Assembly (NCBI GenBank): GCA_050011995.1
Contig: JBEKIA010000001.1
Location: 1 to 51,361, forward strand
From: Verrucomicrobiota bacterium
GTDB taxonomy: Bacteria > Verrucomicrobiota > Verrucomicrobiia > Limisphaerales > Palsa-1400
Length of the DNA stretch: 51,361 nt
Reading direction: 5' to 3'
The notes under the pieces are model-generated. The model did no database searches. It worked only from the letters and a program-made list of their open reading frames with translations, and was not told the DNA's origin. The translations under genes and the position numbers were made by a program. Below, piece after piece: positions 1 through 9,165 of the stretch (position 1 is the stretch's first letter; each line of letters starts with the position of its first letter).

Positions 1-810
1 CTTCTCGAAAACACCCTCGGAGGCAGCCTGAAAGTCCTCTCCGAAATCCTGGCCCTGGCCGAGCCAAAGATTTTCGGCCAGGCCGAGGCCCTGCGCAACG
101 CTGTCCGCCTGCTGGCCGCTTCGCTGAACGTGACCGCGGCGTGGGACTTGGAAGCCGCGGCGCTGCTCTCCCAAATCGGCTCGGTGACCATCCCGCCCGA
201 ACTGATTCTCAAATCCCGCCTGGGCCATGCCTTGAGCGACGGCGAAAACGAGATTTTTAACCAAGTCCCGGCCGTGGGCAGCAGCCTGCTCGCCCACATT
301 CCGCGCCTGGATGGCGTGGCCCGCATCATCCTCTACCAGAACAAGAACTTCGACGGCAGCGGGTTCCCCGAGGACGCCGTGGCCGGCGAAGCCATCCCCC
401 TGGGTGCGCGCATGTTGAAACTCCTCGTGGACCTGGCGCGGCTGGAGTCCGACGGCTTGGCGCGCCCGGCCGCGCTGGCACAACTGCGCGCCCGCCCCGG
501 TTGGTATGATCCGCGCCTGCTGGAAGCCGTGGCGCCCAGCCCGGTCGCCGTCGCGGCCCCGCCGGCGGACGCGGCCCTCTCCGCCGCCTCCATTGCCTTT
601 GCCGATCTGCGGGTGGGCCATGTCCTGCGCAGAAATTTGGAAACCAAGGGCAACATGCTGCTGGTGACGGCGGGCAACAAGATCACACCCATGCTGATGC
701 ATCGTCTGCGCAACTTCTCCTCCCTTTACGGCATCCAGGAACCCATTTACATCGAAGACACCGGCTCCCCCTTCTTCAACCACTTCGAGCGAAGGCCCGT
801 GGCCGCGTAG
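1..810 (+). CDS. HD-GYP-like signalling domain protein with degenerate motif; 5' end lies outside the window
   Basis: Frame 1 is open from base 1 (LLENTLGGSLKVLSEIL...) and runs into listed ORF 130..810. YQNKNFDGSGFPEDAVAGEAIPLGARMLKL resembles the HHExxDGxGYP core of HD-GYP domains, but lacks the HH pair and has GFP instead of GYP. Confidence 0.55.
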   Translation, partial: LLENTLGGSLKVLSEILALAEPKIFGQAEALRNAVRLLAASLNVTAAWDLEAAALLSQIGSVTIPPELILKSRLGHALSDGENEIFNQVPAVGSSLLAHIPRLDGVARIILYQNKNFDGSGFPEDAVAGEAIPLGARMLKLLVDLARLESDGLARPAALAQLRARPGWYDPRLLEAVAPSPVAVAAPPADAALSAASIAFADLRVGHVLRRNLETKGNMLLVTAGNKITPMLMHRLRNFSSLYGIQEPIYIEDTGSPFFNHFERRPVAA

Positions 811-981
811 CGCGGCAGGGCCACAACCAGGGCGCTGAGCATGAATGGAAAATCTGTCATCGGGAATTTCTCATTGGTCATTTGGAAAGACGGTTCGGAA
901 AATTCTGCCAGGAGCGCGCAATTCTCAGGCATGGAACCGCGGAAGCGGGCGGAAGAACGCCGCCCGAAGCGCCCCGGCTTG

Positions 982-1725
982 TCAAGCATCCGGTGAAAAC
1001 GTGTTCCGCAGCAACATCTCCACGATGGGCACATCTTCGGGCCGGGTGACCTTCGGATTCGGCTCGGCGCGGCAGACCAGCCGCACCGCCTGGCCGATCC
1101 ACTCGCAGGCTGCCGTGTCGTCGGTCACCAGCAAGTTCCTCTCCCGAACGGCGGCCAGCGCGCGCCGGATCACCTCCACGCGAAAGGCCTGCGGAGTTTG
1201 CACCGCCCAGAGCCGCGAACGGTCCAAATGCCGCGCGATGAAACGCCCGTCATCCGAGTGTTTGATCGTGTCCGAAACCGGCTGGGCGGCCGCCGCCGCG
1301 CCCTCCTGGCGGGCCGCCGTGATCGTCGCCTCAATCAGCGCCGCGCTCGTGCAAGGCCGCGCCGCGTCCTGAATGGCCACAATATCCGTCCCCGGCGCCA
1401 GATTCTGCAATCCGTTCCAAACCGAGTCCTGGCGCTCCGCTCCGCCGGCCACCAGGCGGAAAGGTTTCCGAAAACCGCAGGCGGCGGCCAACTCCGCAAA
1501 CGCCCCCTGCCGGCCATTGCGCACCACCAGGACAATCTCAGAAATAAAACTGGCGCAATCAAACCGCTGCCAGGTATGCGCCACCAGCGGCCGTCCCGCC
1601 AGCGGCAGAAACAACTTGTCCGTCTGCCCTCCCATCCGGGAGCTTAATCCTGCGGCGACAATAATGGCGGAAGTCACCCCCCAGCAATACCACTTCGCCG
1701 ACGAAATGCCCATTCCTAATTCCAA
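982..1725 (-). CDS. ispD: 2-C-methyl-D-erythritol 4-phosphate cytidylyltransferase
   Basis: AIIVAAGLSSRMGGQTDKLFLPLAGRPLV, VAGGAERQDSV, IQDAARP and VQTPQAF are classic IspD motifs. The start may be the internal ATG at 1713. Confidence 0.85.
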   Translation of the reverse strand: MELGMGISSAKWYCWGVTSAIIVAAGLSSRMGGQTDKLFLPLAGRPLVAHTWQRFDCASFISEIVLVVRNGRQGAFAELAAACGFRKPFRLVAGGAERQDSVWNGLQNLAPGTDIVAIQDAARPCTSAALIEATITAARQEGAAAAAQPVSDTIKHSDDGRFIARHLDRSRLWAVQTPQAFRVEVIRRALAAVRERNLLVTDDTAACEWIGQAVRLVCRAEPNPKVTRPEDVPIVEMLLRNTFSPDA

Positions 1726-1927
1726 AACGCCCCGGGCGCATTCAGTCTTTTGGGTATCCTCTCCTCATCACATTGATCACAAAAATCTTCCAAAAAAGGC
1801 TTGTCAAAACCAGTAAAATCCGCTACAATTATCCATAATGTCGCAGACCCGGATTAAATCGGATTAAATACCAACGGATGACCGTTCCGTTGGTCGTTGA
1901 CAATCAAGAACTTAAACCATCGTTCCT

Positions 1928-4900
1928 ATGAAGCGAATCACACTTCCTGCGCGCGCGCTTTTTATGGCGCTCTTATTTTGGGCGGTCTTGCCCGGATATG
2001 CGAACAACATCGCCTGGACCAATACGGCGGGGGGAAATTGGAGTGGCGTCTCCAATTGGAATCCCAATGAAGTTCCTGGGGTGTCTGACACTGCCATCAT
2101 CACCAATGGCGGCATTTACGTCGTCACCCTGGATGTCAGCCCCGTCATCGCCAGTTTGAAGCTGGGTGGAAGCAGCGGACAACAAACGCTGGCAATGGCG
2201 GGGTACAGCCTGACCATCACCAACGCCAGCCAGGTGCAGTCCAACGGGATTCTTCAATTGGCGGGCGGGATATTGGGCGGCACAGGGCCGCTGGCCGTGA
2301 ATGGCCAACTGGAATGGACGGGCGGACGAATTGACGCCAACACCGTGTTGACGGTGGCGACGAATGGCTTGGTGTTGGTCAATGGCGACGGCAGTTACCT
2401 GGATCTCTCGGGGGAGTTGACCAATGCCGGAACCATCGTGCTGACCAACGGGGGCATTCGCTGTCTTGATTACAACGGTTACGGCGGGGGTTATGGTTTA
2501 TTGATCAATGCTCCGGGCGGGCTGATTAACCTCCAAGGCGGCGCGCTCATTGATTTTTACAATGACAACAGCGGCATCGGCGCGCCGGCCGTGACCAATT
2601 ATGGAACCATCCGCAAATCGAGCGGCGGCGATACAACTCCGATCAATGCGCCGTTTTACAATTACGGGACGCTGGACGTGCAGTCGGGGATCGTTAGTGT
2701 GGCCGGTGGCGGCAGCGGCAGCGGGGTGTTTCTGGCCGAGGCCGGGGCCACGCTGGATTTCCCTGGTGACTATGAAGTGGACAGCGCGCTCACTGGCGCA
2801 GGCACAAATACCTTTGCCTATAATGGCACATTCGAATTGAACGGCCAGTTGAACACATCCTATGCGCTTCTTGCCGGCAACGCGATACTGGGAGGCACCA
2901 ATGGGGTCATCGCCTCACAACTCGCCTGGAATGCCAGCGCCCGGATTGGCGCGGGCAGCGTGTTGACGGTGGCGACGAATGGCTTGGTGTTGGTCAATGG
3001 CGGCGAAAGTTTCGTGGATTTCTCGGGGGAGTTGACCAATGCCGGAACCATCGTGCTGACCAACGGCGGCATTCGCTGTCTTGATTACAACGGTTACGGC
3101 GGGGGTTATGGTTTGCTGATCAATGCTCCGGGCGGGCTGATTAACCTCCAAGGCGGCGCGCTCATTGATTTTTACAATGACGGCAGTGGCATCGGCACGC
3201 CGGTCGTGACCAATTATGGAACCGTCCGCAAAACGAGCGGCACCGACACCGCTGCGATCAATGCGCCGTTTTACAACTTCGGGACGCTGGACGCGCAGAC
3301 TGGAGTGATTAGTCTGGAAGGCCCTTACGGCCTCACCGGCGGCACGCTGAATGTCGGGATCAGCGGCCCGGCCAACTTTGGCGTCATCAACCTGACGGGC
3401 AGTCCCGGGCTGACCGGCACGATCAGCGCCAACTTGAACAGCAATTATGTCCCGCTCCTGGGCAGTGTCTTCCCTGTGGTTACCTACACCACGTATTCTG
3501 GCGCTTTCACCAGCGCGAATCTCCCCGCCCTGGCCGTTTGGCAAACCGCTTACAACGCCGCCGATGTGACTCTCACCGTATTGAAATGGGTGCCGCAGTT
3601 GAAGTGGGCCAACCCCGCCGGCATCGTCTATGGCACTGTTCTCAGCGGCGCGCAACTCGACGCCACCGCCGCCAGCCCCACCAATCTGAGCGGGAGTCTC
3701 TTAGGCACGCTCACCTATACTCCCCCGACGAATTCGGCGCTTTTCGCCAGCAACAACCAAACCCTTTCCGTCACCTTTGCGCCGAACGACACAGCCAATT
3801 ACATTAGTGTCACCACCAACGTGACGATCAACGTCCTCAAAGCGCCGCTGACGGTTACGGCAACTAACCAGAGCAAGACTTACGGGCAGACCAAGACCTT
3901 TGCGGGGACGGAATTCACGACCAGCGGACTTAAGTACAGCGACAGCGTGGCCAGCGTAAGCCTGGTCAGTCCGGGCGCGGCAGCGACGGCGTTGGTGGCG
4001 GGTTCGCCTTACACCATTACCAACAGCGCGGCGGCGGGCAGCGGACTCGTCAACTATACCATCAGCTATGTGAACGGATTGCTGACCGTCAACCCTGCGG
4101 CGCTGACGGTCACAGCCAACACCCAGAGCAAGACGTATGGGCAGACGGTGGTCTTCGGCAGCGGCAGCACTCTGTTCACTCCCAATGGTTTGCAAAACGG
4201 CGAATCCATTGGCACGGTGACGCTGGCTGTCAGCGGCAATGGCGGAGCGGGGTCAGCGCCTGTGGCAGGCTCGCCTTACACGATAACCCCCAGTGCGGCA
4301 ACCGGCGGGACGTTCACGGCGGGCAACTACGCGATCACCTACGCGACCAACGCCCTGACGGTCAACGCAGCGGCCCTGACCGTGGCCGCCAACGCGCAGA
4401 GTAAAACGTATGGGCAGACGGTGGTCTTCGGCAGCGGCAGCACTCTATTCACCCCCAGTGGCTTGCAAAACAGCGAATCCATCGGCACGGTGACCTTGGC
4501 CGTCACCGGCAGCGGCGGGGCGGCGACGGCATCCGTGGCAGGCTCGCCTTACACGATAACCCCCAGCGCGGCGACCGGCGGGACGTTCACGGCGGGCAAC
4601 TACGCGATCACGTACGCGACCAACGCCCTGACGGTCAACGCAGCGGCCCTGACCGTGACCGCCAACGCGCAGAGTAAAACGTATGGGCAGACGCTCCTCT
4701 TTGGCAGCGGCAGCACTCTGTTCACCCCCAGCGGCTTGCAAAACAGCGAATCCATCGGCACGGTGACGCTGGCTGTCAGCGGCAATGGCGGGGCGGCGGC
4801 GGCCTCCGTGGCAAACTCGCCCTACACTATTACACCCAGCGCGGCGACCGGCGGGACGTTCACGGCGGGCAACTACGCGATCACTTACGATCCCGGCCTG

Positions 4901-5398
4901 CTATCCGTCAACAAGGCGACGGTGACCATCACCTCCGGAATTACTGCCAACAATAAATTCTATGACCACACGACGACCGCGACGCTGAGTTCCAACAATG
5001 TCGTGTTCTTGGGAGTCCTCAACGGGGACACCGTGAACCTGAACACCAACGGCTACACCGCCAGCTTTGCCGGCTTTAGCCCGGGCAGCGGCATCGCGGT
5101 CACGGTCAGCGGTCTGAGTTTGAGCGGCGCCGCCGCCGGCAATTACGCCCTCACCCAACCGGCGGGCCTGACAGCCAACATCAATGCGCCATCTTTGCAG
5201 GTCCAGCGCAGCCTGCCAAACATGGTGCTTTCCTGGCCCGCCGCTGCCAGCACTTCTGTGTTGAACGGGACTCCCAGCCTGAGTTCGCCAATCCACTGGA
5301 CGCCGGTGACGAGCGGCATCACCGTCCTCGGAACCAACAACACGATCACCCTCAACGCCACCAACGGAATTCAATTCTACTCGCTGATTGCGCCGTAA
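1928..5398 (+). CDS. Large secreted repeat protein: signal peptide, autotransporter-associated beta-strand-type N-terminal repeats, four MBG (YGX-type) domains and a YDG-like domain
   Basis: Signal peptide MKRITLPARALFMALLFWAVLPGYA. NIAWTNTAGGNWSGVSNWNPNEVPG matches the PATR style. LTVTAN.QSKTYGQT...GSPYTITPSAATGG..AGNYAITY recurs as MBG units, followed by KFYDHTTTATL...AAGNYALTQ (YDG-like). Confidence 0.85.
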   Translation: MKRITLPARALFMALLFWAVLPGYANNIAWTNTAGGNWSGVSNWNPNEVPGVSDTAIITNGGIYVVTLDVSPVIASLKLGGSSGQQTLAMAGYSLTITNASQVQSNGILQLAGGILGGTGPLAVNGQLEWTGGRIDANTVLTVATNGLVLVNGDGSYLDLSGELTNAGTIVLTNGGIRCLDYNGYGGGYGLLINAPGGLINLQGGALIDFYNDNSGIGAPAVTNYGTIRKSSGGDTTPINAPFYNYGTLDVQSGIVSVAGGGSGSGVFLAEAGATLDFPGDYEVDSALTGAGTNTFAYNGTFELNGQLNTSYALLAGNAILGGTNGVIASQLAWNASARIGAGSVLTVATNGLVLVNGGESFVDFSGELTNAGTIVLTNGGIRCLDYNGYGGGYGLLINAPGGLINLQGGALIDFYNDGSGIGTPVVTNYGTVRKTSGTDTAAINAPFYNFGTLDAQTGVISLEGPYGLTGGTLNVGISGPANFGVINLTGSPGLTGTISANLNSNYVPLLGSVFPVVTYTTYSGAFTSANLPALAVWQTAYNAADVTLTVLKWVPQLKWANPAGIVYGTVLSGAQLDATAASPTNLSGSLLGTLTYTPPTNSALFASNNQTLSVTFAPNDTANYISVTTNVTINVLKAPLTVTATNQSKTYGQTKTFAGTEFTTSGLKYSDSVASVSLVSPGAAATALVAGSPYTITNSAAAGSGLVNYTISYVNGLLTVNPAALTVTANTQSKTYGQTVVFGSGSTLFTPNGLQNGESIGTVTLAVSGNGGAGSAPVAGSPYTITPSAATGGTFTAGNYAITYATNALTVNAAALTVAANAQSKTYGQTVVFGSGSTLFTPSGLQNSESIGTVTLAVTGSGGAATASVAGSPYTITPSAATGGTFTAGNYAITYATNALTVNAAALTVTANAQSKTYGQTLLFGSGSTLFTPSGLQNSESIGTVTLAVSGNGGAAAASVANSPYTITPSAATGGTFTAGNYAITYDPGLLSVNKATVTITSGITANNKFYDHTTTATLSSNNVVFLGVLNGDTVNLNTNGYTASFAGFSPGSGIAVTVSGLSLSGAAAGNYALTQPAGLTANINAPSLQVQRSLPNMVLSWPAAASTSVLNGTPSLSSPIHWTPVTSGITVLGTNNTITLNATNGIQFYSLIAP
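2345..3295 (+). repeat. Intragenic direct duplication: two near-identical copies of about 335 bp (2345-2680 and 2960-3295), offset by 615 bp and in frame
   Basis: gtgttgacggtggcgacgaatggcttggtgttggtcaatggcg ... gggacgctggacg occurs twice with only scattered substitutions. Confidence 0.9.
4088..4906 (+). repeat. 3 x 273-bp (91-aa) tandem repeat encoding MBG domains; a more diverged fourth unit lies upstream at about 3835-4087
   Basis: gtcaac(c/g)c(t/a)gcggc(g/c)ctgac recurs at 4088, 4361 and 4634, and the units are nearly identical at nucleotide level. Confidence 0.9.
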
Positions 5399-5818
5399 GG
5401 TCACCCCGGTTCCTGCTGCCTGGGGTCAGGAAGGGGTCCCGCATAATCGCGCATGATGATTTTTGCCCATGGAGCAAAACTTGCCCGCATTTTTCTTTTG
5501 ATGCGGGGCTTGACAAAAATTAGAAACTATGGTTGAATGATCAGCGTGAGAAACGTAGGCACAGGCCGGCGTCGCCTCCGGGAGGAGGCGGCCGGCGCCG
5601 GCGCGGCGGGCGGGGAGCGGTGGAGGAGGAAGGAAAGCGAGGATGGAGGACGGAGAATGGAAAAGAGAGGAAACAAGGCGGCTCGCCGAGACTGGACTCA
5701 GACGGACTGCAGGGCGGCGATACGCCAAGTTGGATGGCTCCAGCACGCCCTTGTCGCGCCACAGCCAAGCGACGGCGGAAGCAATCTGTTCCCGGTACAT
5801 TCGGCGTCCGCCACATCT

Positions 5819-5845
5819 GCGACGGTCATAGACCGCCGCTACAGG
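5819..5845. repeat. Short palindromic REP-like hairpin (gcgacggtc-ata-gaccgccgc + tacagg); an inverted copy lies at 22309-22336
   Basis: The reverse complement of 5819-5845 matches cctgtagcggcggtctgtgaccgccgc at 22309-22336 with 2 mismatches. Confidence 0.6.
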
Positions 5846-6048
5846 AGGAGGAGCATCCGTCCCGGCCGTCACCCATCGCAATGAAGGTTAATGAAGGTTA
5901 ATGAAGCCAAAAGAATAAGTTTTTTGTTGCGGCATGGCAAAAAATGGTTAGTTCAGCCTGGGTTGCGGTCCTGCCGCGCTGGAATAGTGATGAAAGGTGC
6001 GATTCCAACGAGATTTTTGCCGCAAAGGAACGCATCCCCCTTCGCACA

Positions 6049-6330
6049 GGCTTCCGCCAAGAAACTGTCAACCCCGAAAGCTTTCGGGGCAAGGAGGCGC
6101 TACAAATGCGGAGTGGATCACCGCGAAATACGCGAAATACGCGAAAGCAGATTTGCCTTTGTTCGCGTTTTTCGCGTGGTTCGCGGTGAACAAGCCTTAC
6201 TCTTGCGCCTTTTCGCGCCTTTTCGCGGAAAATCAATCGAAATGACTTGCCATGAACCATTTACATCGCGCAGCGGGCCGCATGCAGCCCAGGTCAATCA
6301 AGCCGAATCAACCCTAATCAAGTTATTTTC
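6049..6330. repeat. About 280-bp structured dispersed repeat, copy A, with an internal hairpin built from cgcgaaata 9-mers; an inverted copy lies at 21488-21745
   Basis: The reverse complement of 6049-6330 aligns end to end with 21488-21745. Shared blocks include cttgattag..ttgatt, aaatggttcatgg.a.gtca.ttcgattgattttc, caccgcgaa..acgcgaaa, ttcgcgtatttcgcggtgatcc and cggggttgacag...cttggcgg. Confidence 0.8.
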
Positions 6331-6418
6331 ATGTTCCCCCTCATTCCAAAACCGCCTTGCCAATCTGCCCTTTGGAGGCTATGTTGATGGGCAGTTGAAA
6401 TGTTGTGATCTTTATTGA

Positions 6419-7750
6419 ATGCTTATGAAACGCCGCGTTCTTTACGCCTTGCTGCTCGCCCTTCTCGCCGCCAACCTCCTGCTGGGCGCGCGCATTTATT
6501 TCTATTCCGCCCAGGCCGCCCCCGCCAGCGACAATCCTTATGAAAATTACAAGCTGCTGGCCGACGTCATGGAAAAAGTGCGCTTGGAATACGTGGACGG
6601 CGACAAAGTCAGCTATCAGGACCTGGTTCACTCCGCCCTCAAAGGCATGCTCGGCTCGCTGGATCCCCATAGCGAATACATGGACGCGCGCCGCTTTGAG
6701 GATCTGAAAAAGGACACGGAGGGCGAGTTTGGCGGCATCGGCATCGTGGTGGAATTAAGCAGGGACAAATTGCTGACCGTGGTCACGCCGATGGACGGTT
6801 CCCCGGGTTACGTTGCCGGCATCCGGCGGTTGGACCAAATCATCAGAATTAACGACAAAAGCACCGAGAAAATGGGGTTGGAAGACGCCGTCGGGGTCTT
6901 GCGGGGCGAACCGGGCACCCATGTCTCCATCACCATCCACCGTCCCTCCACCGGCGAAGTCACCAATTTCAATCTGGTCCGCGCCATCGTCAAGGTGCCC
7001 ACCGTGGAGGACATCAACGACCAGCAGAAGTTTCCGCTGGGCGAAAACAGCATCGGCTACGTCCGCATCAACCAATTCGGCGAGAAAACGTCCGACGATT
7101 TGCGCGCGGCCCTGGGCCTATTGGCCAAGGAGGGGATGAAGGCGCTGATCCTGGATCTGCGCAACAACCCCGGCGGCTTGCTCGATCAGGCCGAGCATGT
7201 CTGCGAACAGTTTCTCCCCGGCGGCCAGTTGATCGTCTCCACGGAGGGCCGCGGCCCAACCCCCAAATACGAGTACCACGCCCGCAGCCGCGGCCAGCCC
7301 GTGGATGTGCCCATGGTTGTGCTGGTCAACCCGGGCAGCGCCAGCGCCGCCGAGATCGTCACCGGCTGCCTCCAGGATGAGCAGCAGTTTTCCCACGCCA
7401 TCGTCATCGGCGAACAAACTTTTGGCAAAGGCTCCGTGCAAAGCATCCTGCCCCTGGACGACGGCTCGGCCTTGAAGCTGACCACCGCCAAGTATTACAC
7501 CCCCAGCCACAAAGTCATCCACGAGCACGGCATCACCCCGGACATCATTGTGCCGCAGACGCCGCAGGAGGACGAGGACTTGCGCCTGAAACACATGGCC
7601 GGCGCGCTGGACATGCTGGAGGAGAAGGACCGCGAGCGAGTCAATAATACACAGGACCGCCAGTTGGAACGGGCGGTGGACCTGCTCAAAGGGGTTCAGC
7701 TTTACGCCCAGCGCACCGCGCCCGCCAAAGTGGCCGCCGCGGCCAAATAA
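6419..7750 (+). CDS. ctpA: S41 carboxyl-terminal processing peptidase with PDZ domain
   Basis: N-terminal membrane anchor; FGGIGIVV; a PDZ-like DGSPGYVAGIRRLDQIIRIND segment; LDLRNNPGGLL, NPGSASAAEI and GEQTFGKGSVQS are S41 signatures. Confidence 0.85.
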   Translation: MLMKRRVLYALLLALLAANLLLGARIYFYSAQAAPASDNPYENYKLLADVMEKVRLEYVDGDKVSYQDLVHSALKGMLGSLDPHSEYMDARRFEDLKKDTEGEFGGIGIVVELSRDKLLTVVTPMDGSPGYVAGIRRLDQIIRINDKSTEKMGLEDAVGVLRGEPGTHVSITIHRPSTGEVTNFNLVRAIVKVPTVEDINDQQKFPLGENSIGYVRINQFGEKTSDDLRAALGLLAKEGMKALILDLRNNPGGLLDQAEHVCEQFLPGGQLIVSTEGRGPTPKYEYHARSRGQPVDVPMVVLVNPGSASAAEIVTGCLQDEQQFSHAIVIGEQTFGKGSVQSILPLDDGSALKLTTAKYYTPSHKVIHEHGITPDIIVPQTPQEDEDLRLKHMAGALDMLEEKDRERVNNTQDRQLERAVDLLKGVQLYAQRTAPAKVAAAAK

Positions 7751-7823
7751 TCCCATGGCGCCTGCCTGGCCTGGCGGGACCGGGAATTGGAACCGGCGCC
7801 CCGCCCGGCGCGCCCCCTGAACG

Positions 7824-8894
7824 TTGAACTTGTTCGCTTTGGAGACCTCGTGCGACGAAACCAGCGCGGCGGTCGTGTCCGGCGGCTGCGTCCTCTCCAA
7901 CGTCATCGCCAGCCAGACCCGTCTGCACGCCGCCTACGGGGGGGTCGTCCCTGAACTGGCCACGCGCGAGCATCTGCGCAATCTCCTGCCCGTCGCCCGC
8001 CAGGCCTTGCGCGACGCCGGCTTGACCGCGGGGGACCTGGATGCCGTGGCCGCCACCCAGGGGCCTGGTTTGCCCGGAGCGTTGCTGATCGGTTTGAAAG
8101 CCGCCCAAGCCCTTGCCTTCAGCCTCGGCAAGCCCTTTCTCGGAATCCACCATCACGAAGCCCATCTCTATTCCCCGTGGATTTCCAGCGCGCCCAATCC
8201 TAATCCTAATCTTAATCCTAATCTTAATCCTAATCCTCCTCCTCCCCAGGCGGATTTTGCCCAATTCCAGCCCTCCGTCTCTCTGATCGTCAGCGGCGGC
8301 CACACCTTGCTGGTGCAGGTCAAGGGTGAATTCCAGCATGGCGTGCTTGGCTCGACAGTGGACGACGCCGCCGGCGAATGTTTCGACAAAGTCGGCAAGC
8401 TCCTCGGTTTGGCCTATCCCGCCGGCCCGGAGATGGACCGTCTGGCCGGGCAAGGCAACCCGCGCGCCCATTGCTTTCCACGCCCCATGCTGCACGATCC
8501 GGGCGATGATTTCAGCTTCTCCGGTCTCAAAACGTCCGTCCGCTACTTTCTGGAAAAGAACCCGGCCTTGCCCGACGATCCGGCGCGGCTGCGCGATCTG
8601 TGCGCCAGCGTCCAGGCTGCCATAGTGGACGTTCTGGTCGCCAAGACCATCCGGGCCGCGTTGCGCTTGGGGGCGCCCTGTGTCACCGTCTCCGGCGGTG
8701 TCGCGTGCAACAGCGCCCTGCGCCGCGACTTGGCCCGGGCCTGCCGGCGCGAGGGATTGGTCCTGCGACTGGCCGAAAAGAAATACTCGACCGACAACGC
8801 CGCCATGATCGGCATCCTGGCCGAGCGCAAACTTCTCGCCCGCCTGCCTTCCACCTCCCTGGACGCGGAAATCGAACCCAGTTGGGCGCTGTGA
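7824..8894 (+). CDS. tsaD: tRNA N6-adenosine threonylcarbamoyltransferase (Kae1/Gcp family); TTG start
   Basis: LALETSCDETSAAVV, GIHHHEAHL, VSGGHT, DDAAGECFDKVGKLLGL.YPAGP and SGGVACNSALR are present. It carries a low-complexity insert (see repeat 8196-8237). Confidence 0.9.
   Translation: MNLFALETSCDETSAAVVSGGCVLSNVIASQTRLHAAYGGVVPELATREHLRNLLPVARQALRDAGLTAGDLDAVAATQGPGLPGALLIGLKAAQALAFSLGKPFLGIHHHEAHLYSPWISSAPNPNPNLNPNLNPNPPPPQADFAQFQPSVSLIVSGGHTLLVQVKGEFQHGVLGSTVDDAAGECFDKVGKLLGLAYPAGPEMDRLAGQGNPRAHCFPRPMLHDPGDDFSFSGLKTSVRYFLEKNPALPDDPARLRDLCASVQAAIVDVLVAKTIRAALRLGAPCVTVSGGVACNSALRRDLARACRREGLVLRLAEKKYSTDNAAMIGILAERKLLARLPSTSLDAEIEPSWAL
8196..8237 (+). repeat. Hexanucleotide microsatellite (cctaat/cttaat, 7 units) inside tsaD, encoding PNPNPNLNPNLNPNP
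   Basis: aatcctaatcctaatcttaatcctaatcttaatcctaatcct is visibly AT-rich against a GC-rich gene. Confidence 0.9.
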
Positions 8895-9064
8895 GTTTGT
8901 GCCTGTGTTCCGAAGCCTGGCTGGCTCCTATGTCCTATTTTTCCTATCCGTCCTGTCTGTCCCATCTGACTAAACTTTTTCCAGGGTATGCCGATATGAT
9001 TTCAAGCACTCGCGGATGCATTGCGGGCGGTTCGCCAGATGAGGAACCAGGGCGCAAGGCAAAG

Positions 9065-9122
9065 GCGCTTTTGGACCGTTATGCCTCACGGAGGGAATGA
9101 GGGTCCAAAGGCGCTTTTTTTT
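9065..9122 (+). terminator. Candidate intrinsic terminator: 13-bp stem, 24-nt loop, T8 tail
   Basis: gcgcttttggacc (9065-9077) pairs with ggtccaaaggcgc (9102-9114) with one G-U pair, followed by tttttttt (9115-9122). It lies between tsaD and cheW. Confidence 0.5.
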
Positions 9123-9165
9123 GCGCGGCGGCATTCGTTGAGCAAATCGAACGACAGGACTGAAA

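Noticed and set aside
747-1034. 95-aa minus-strand ORF between the first gene and ispD
   Set aside because: It overlaps the ends of both flanking genes and has no recognisable features.
2345-4906. Diversity-generating retroelement (TR/VR pair) in the adhesin gene
   Set aside because: The differences between copies are not adenine-specific, and no reverse transcriptase or accessory gene is present.
5400-6048. Possible structured RNA gene (RNase P, tmRNA, SRP, 6S) or the listed ORFs 5426..5881 (-) and 5533..5901 (+)
   Set aside because: None of the universal motifs I know are present: GAGGAAAGUCC / ACAGAA…GGCUUA for RNase P, the tmRNA tag and tRNA-like ends, or the SRP GGAA tetraloop context. 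The ORF products are low-complexity. The block is left as repeat-rich non-coding sequence.
8196-8237. CRISPR-like array here, or at the 9-mer and heptamer arrays (6121-6190, 21620-21690, 34373-34598)
   Set aside because: The units are 6-9 bp with no unique spacers, and there are no cas genes. These are microsatellite or REP-type repeats.
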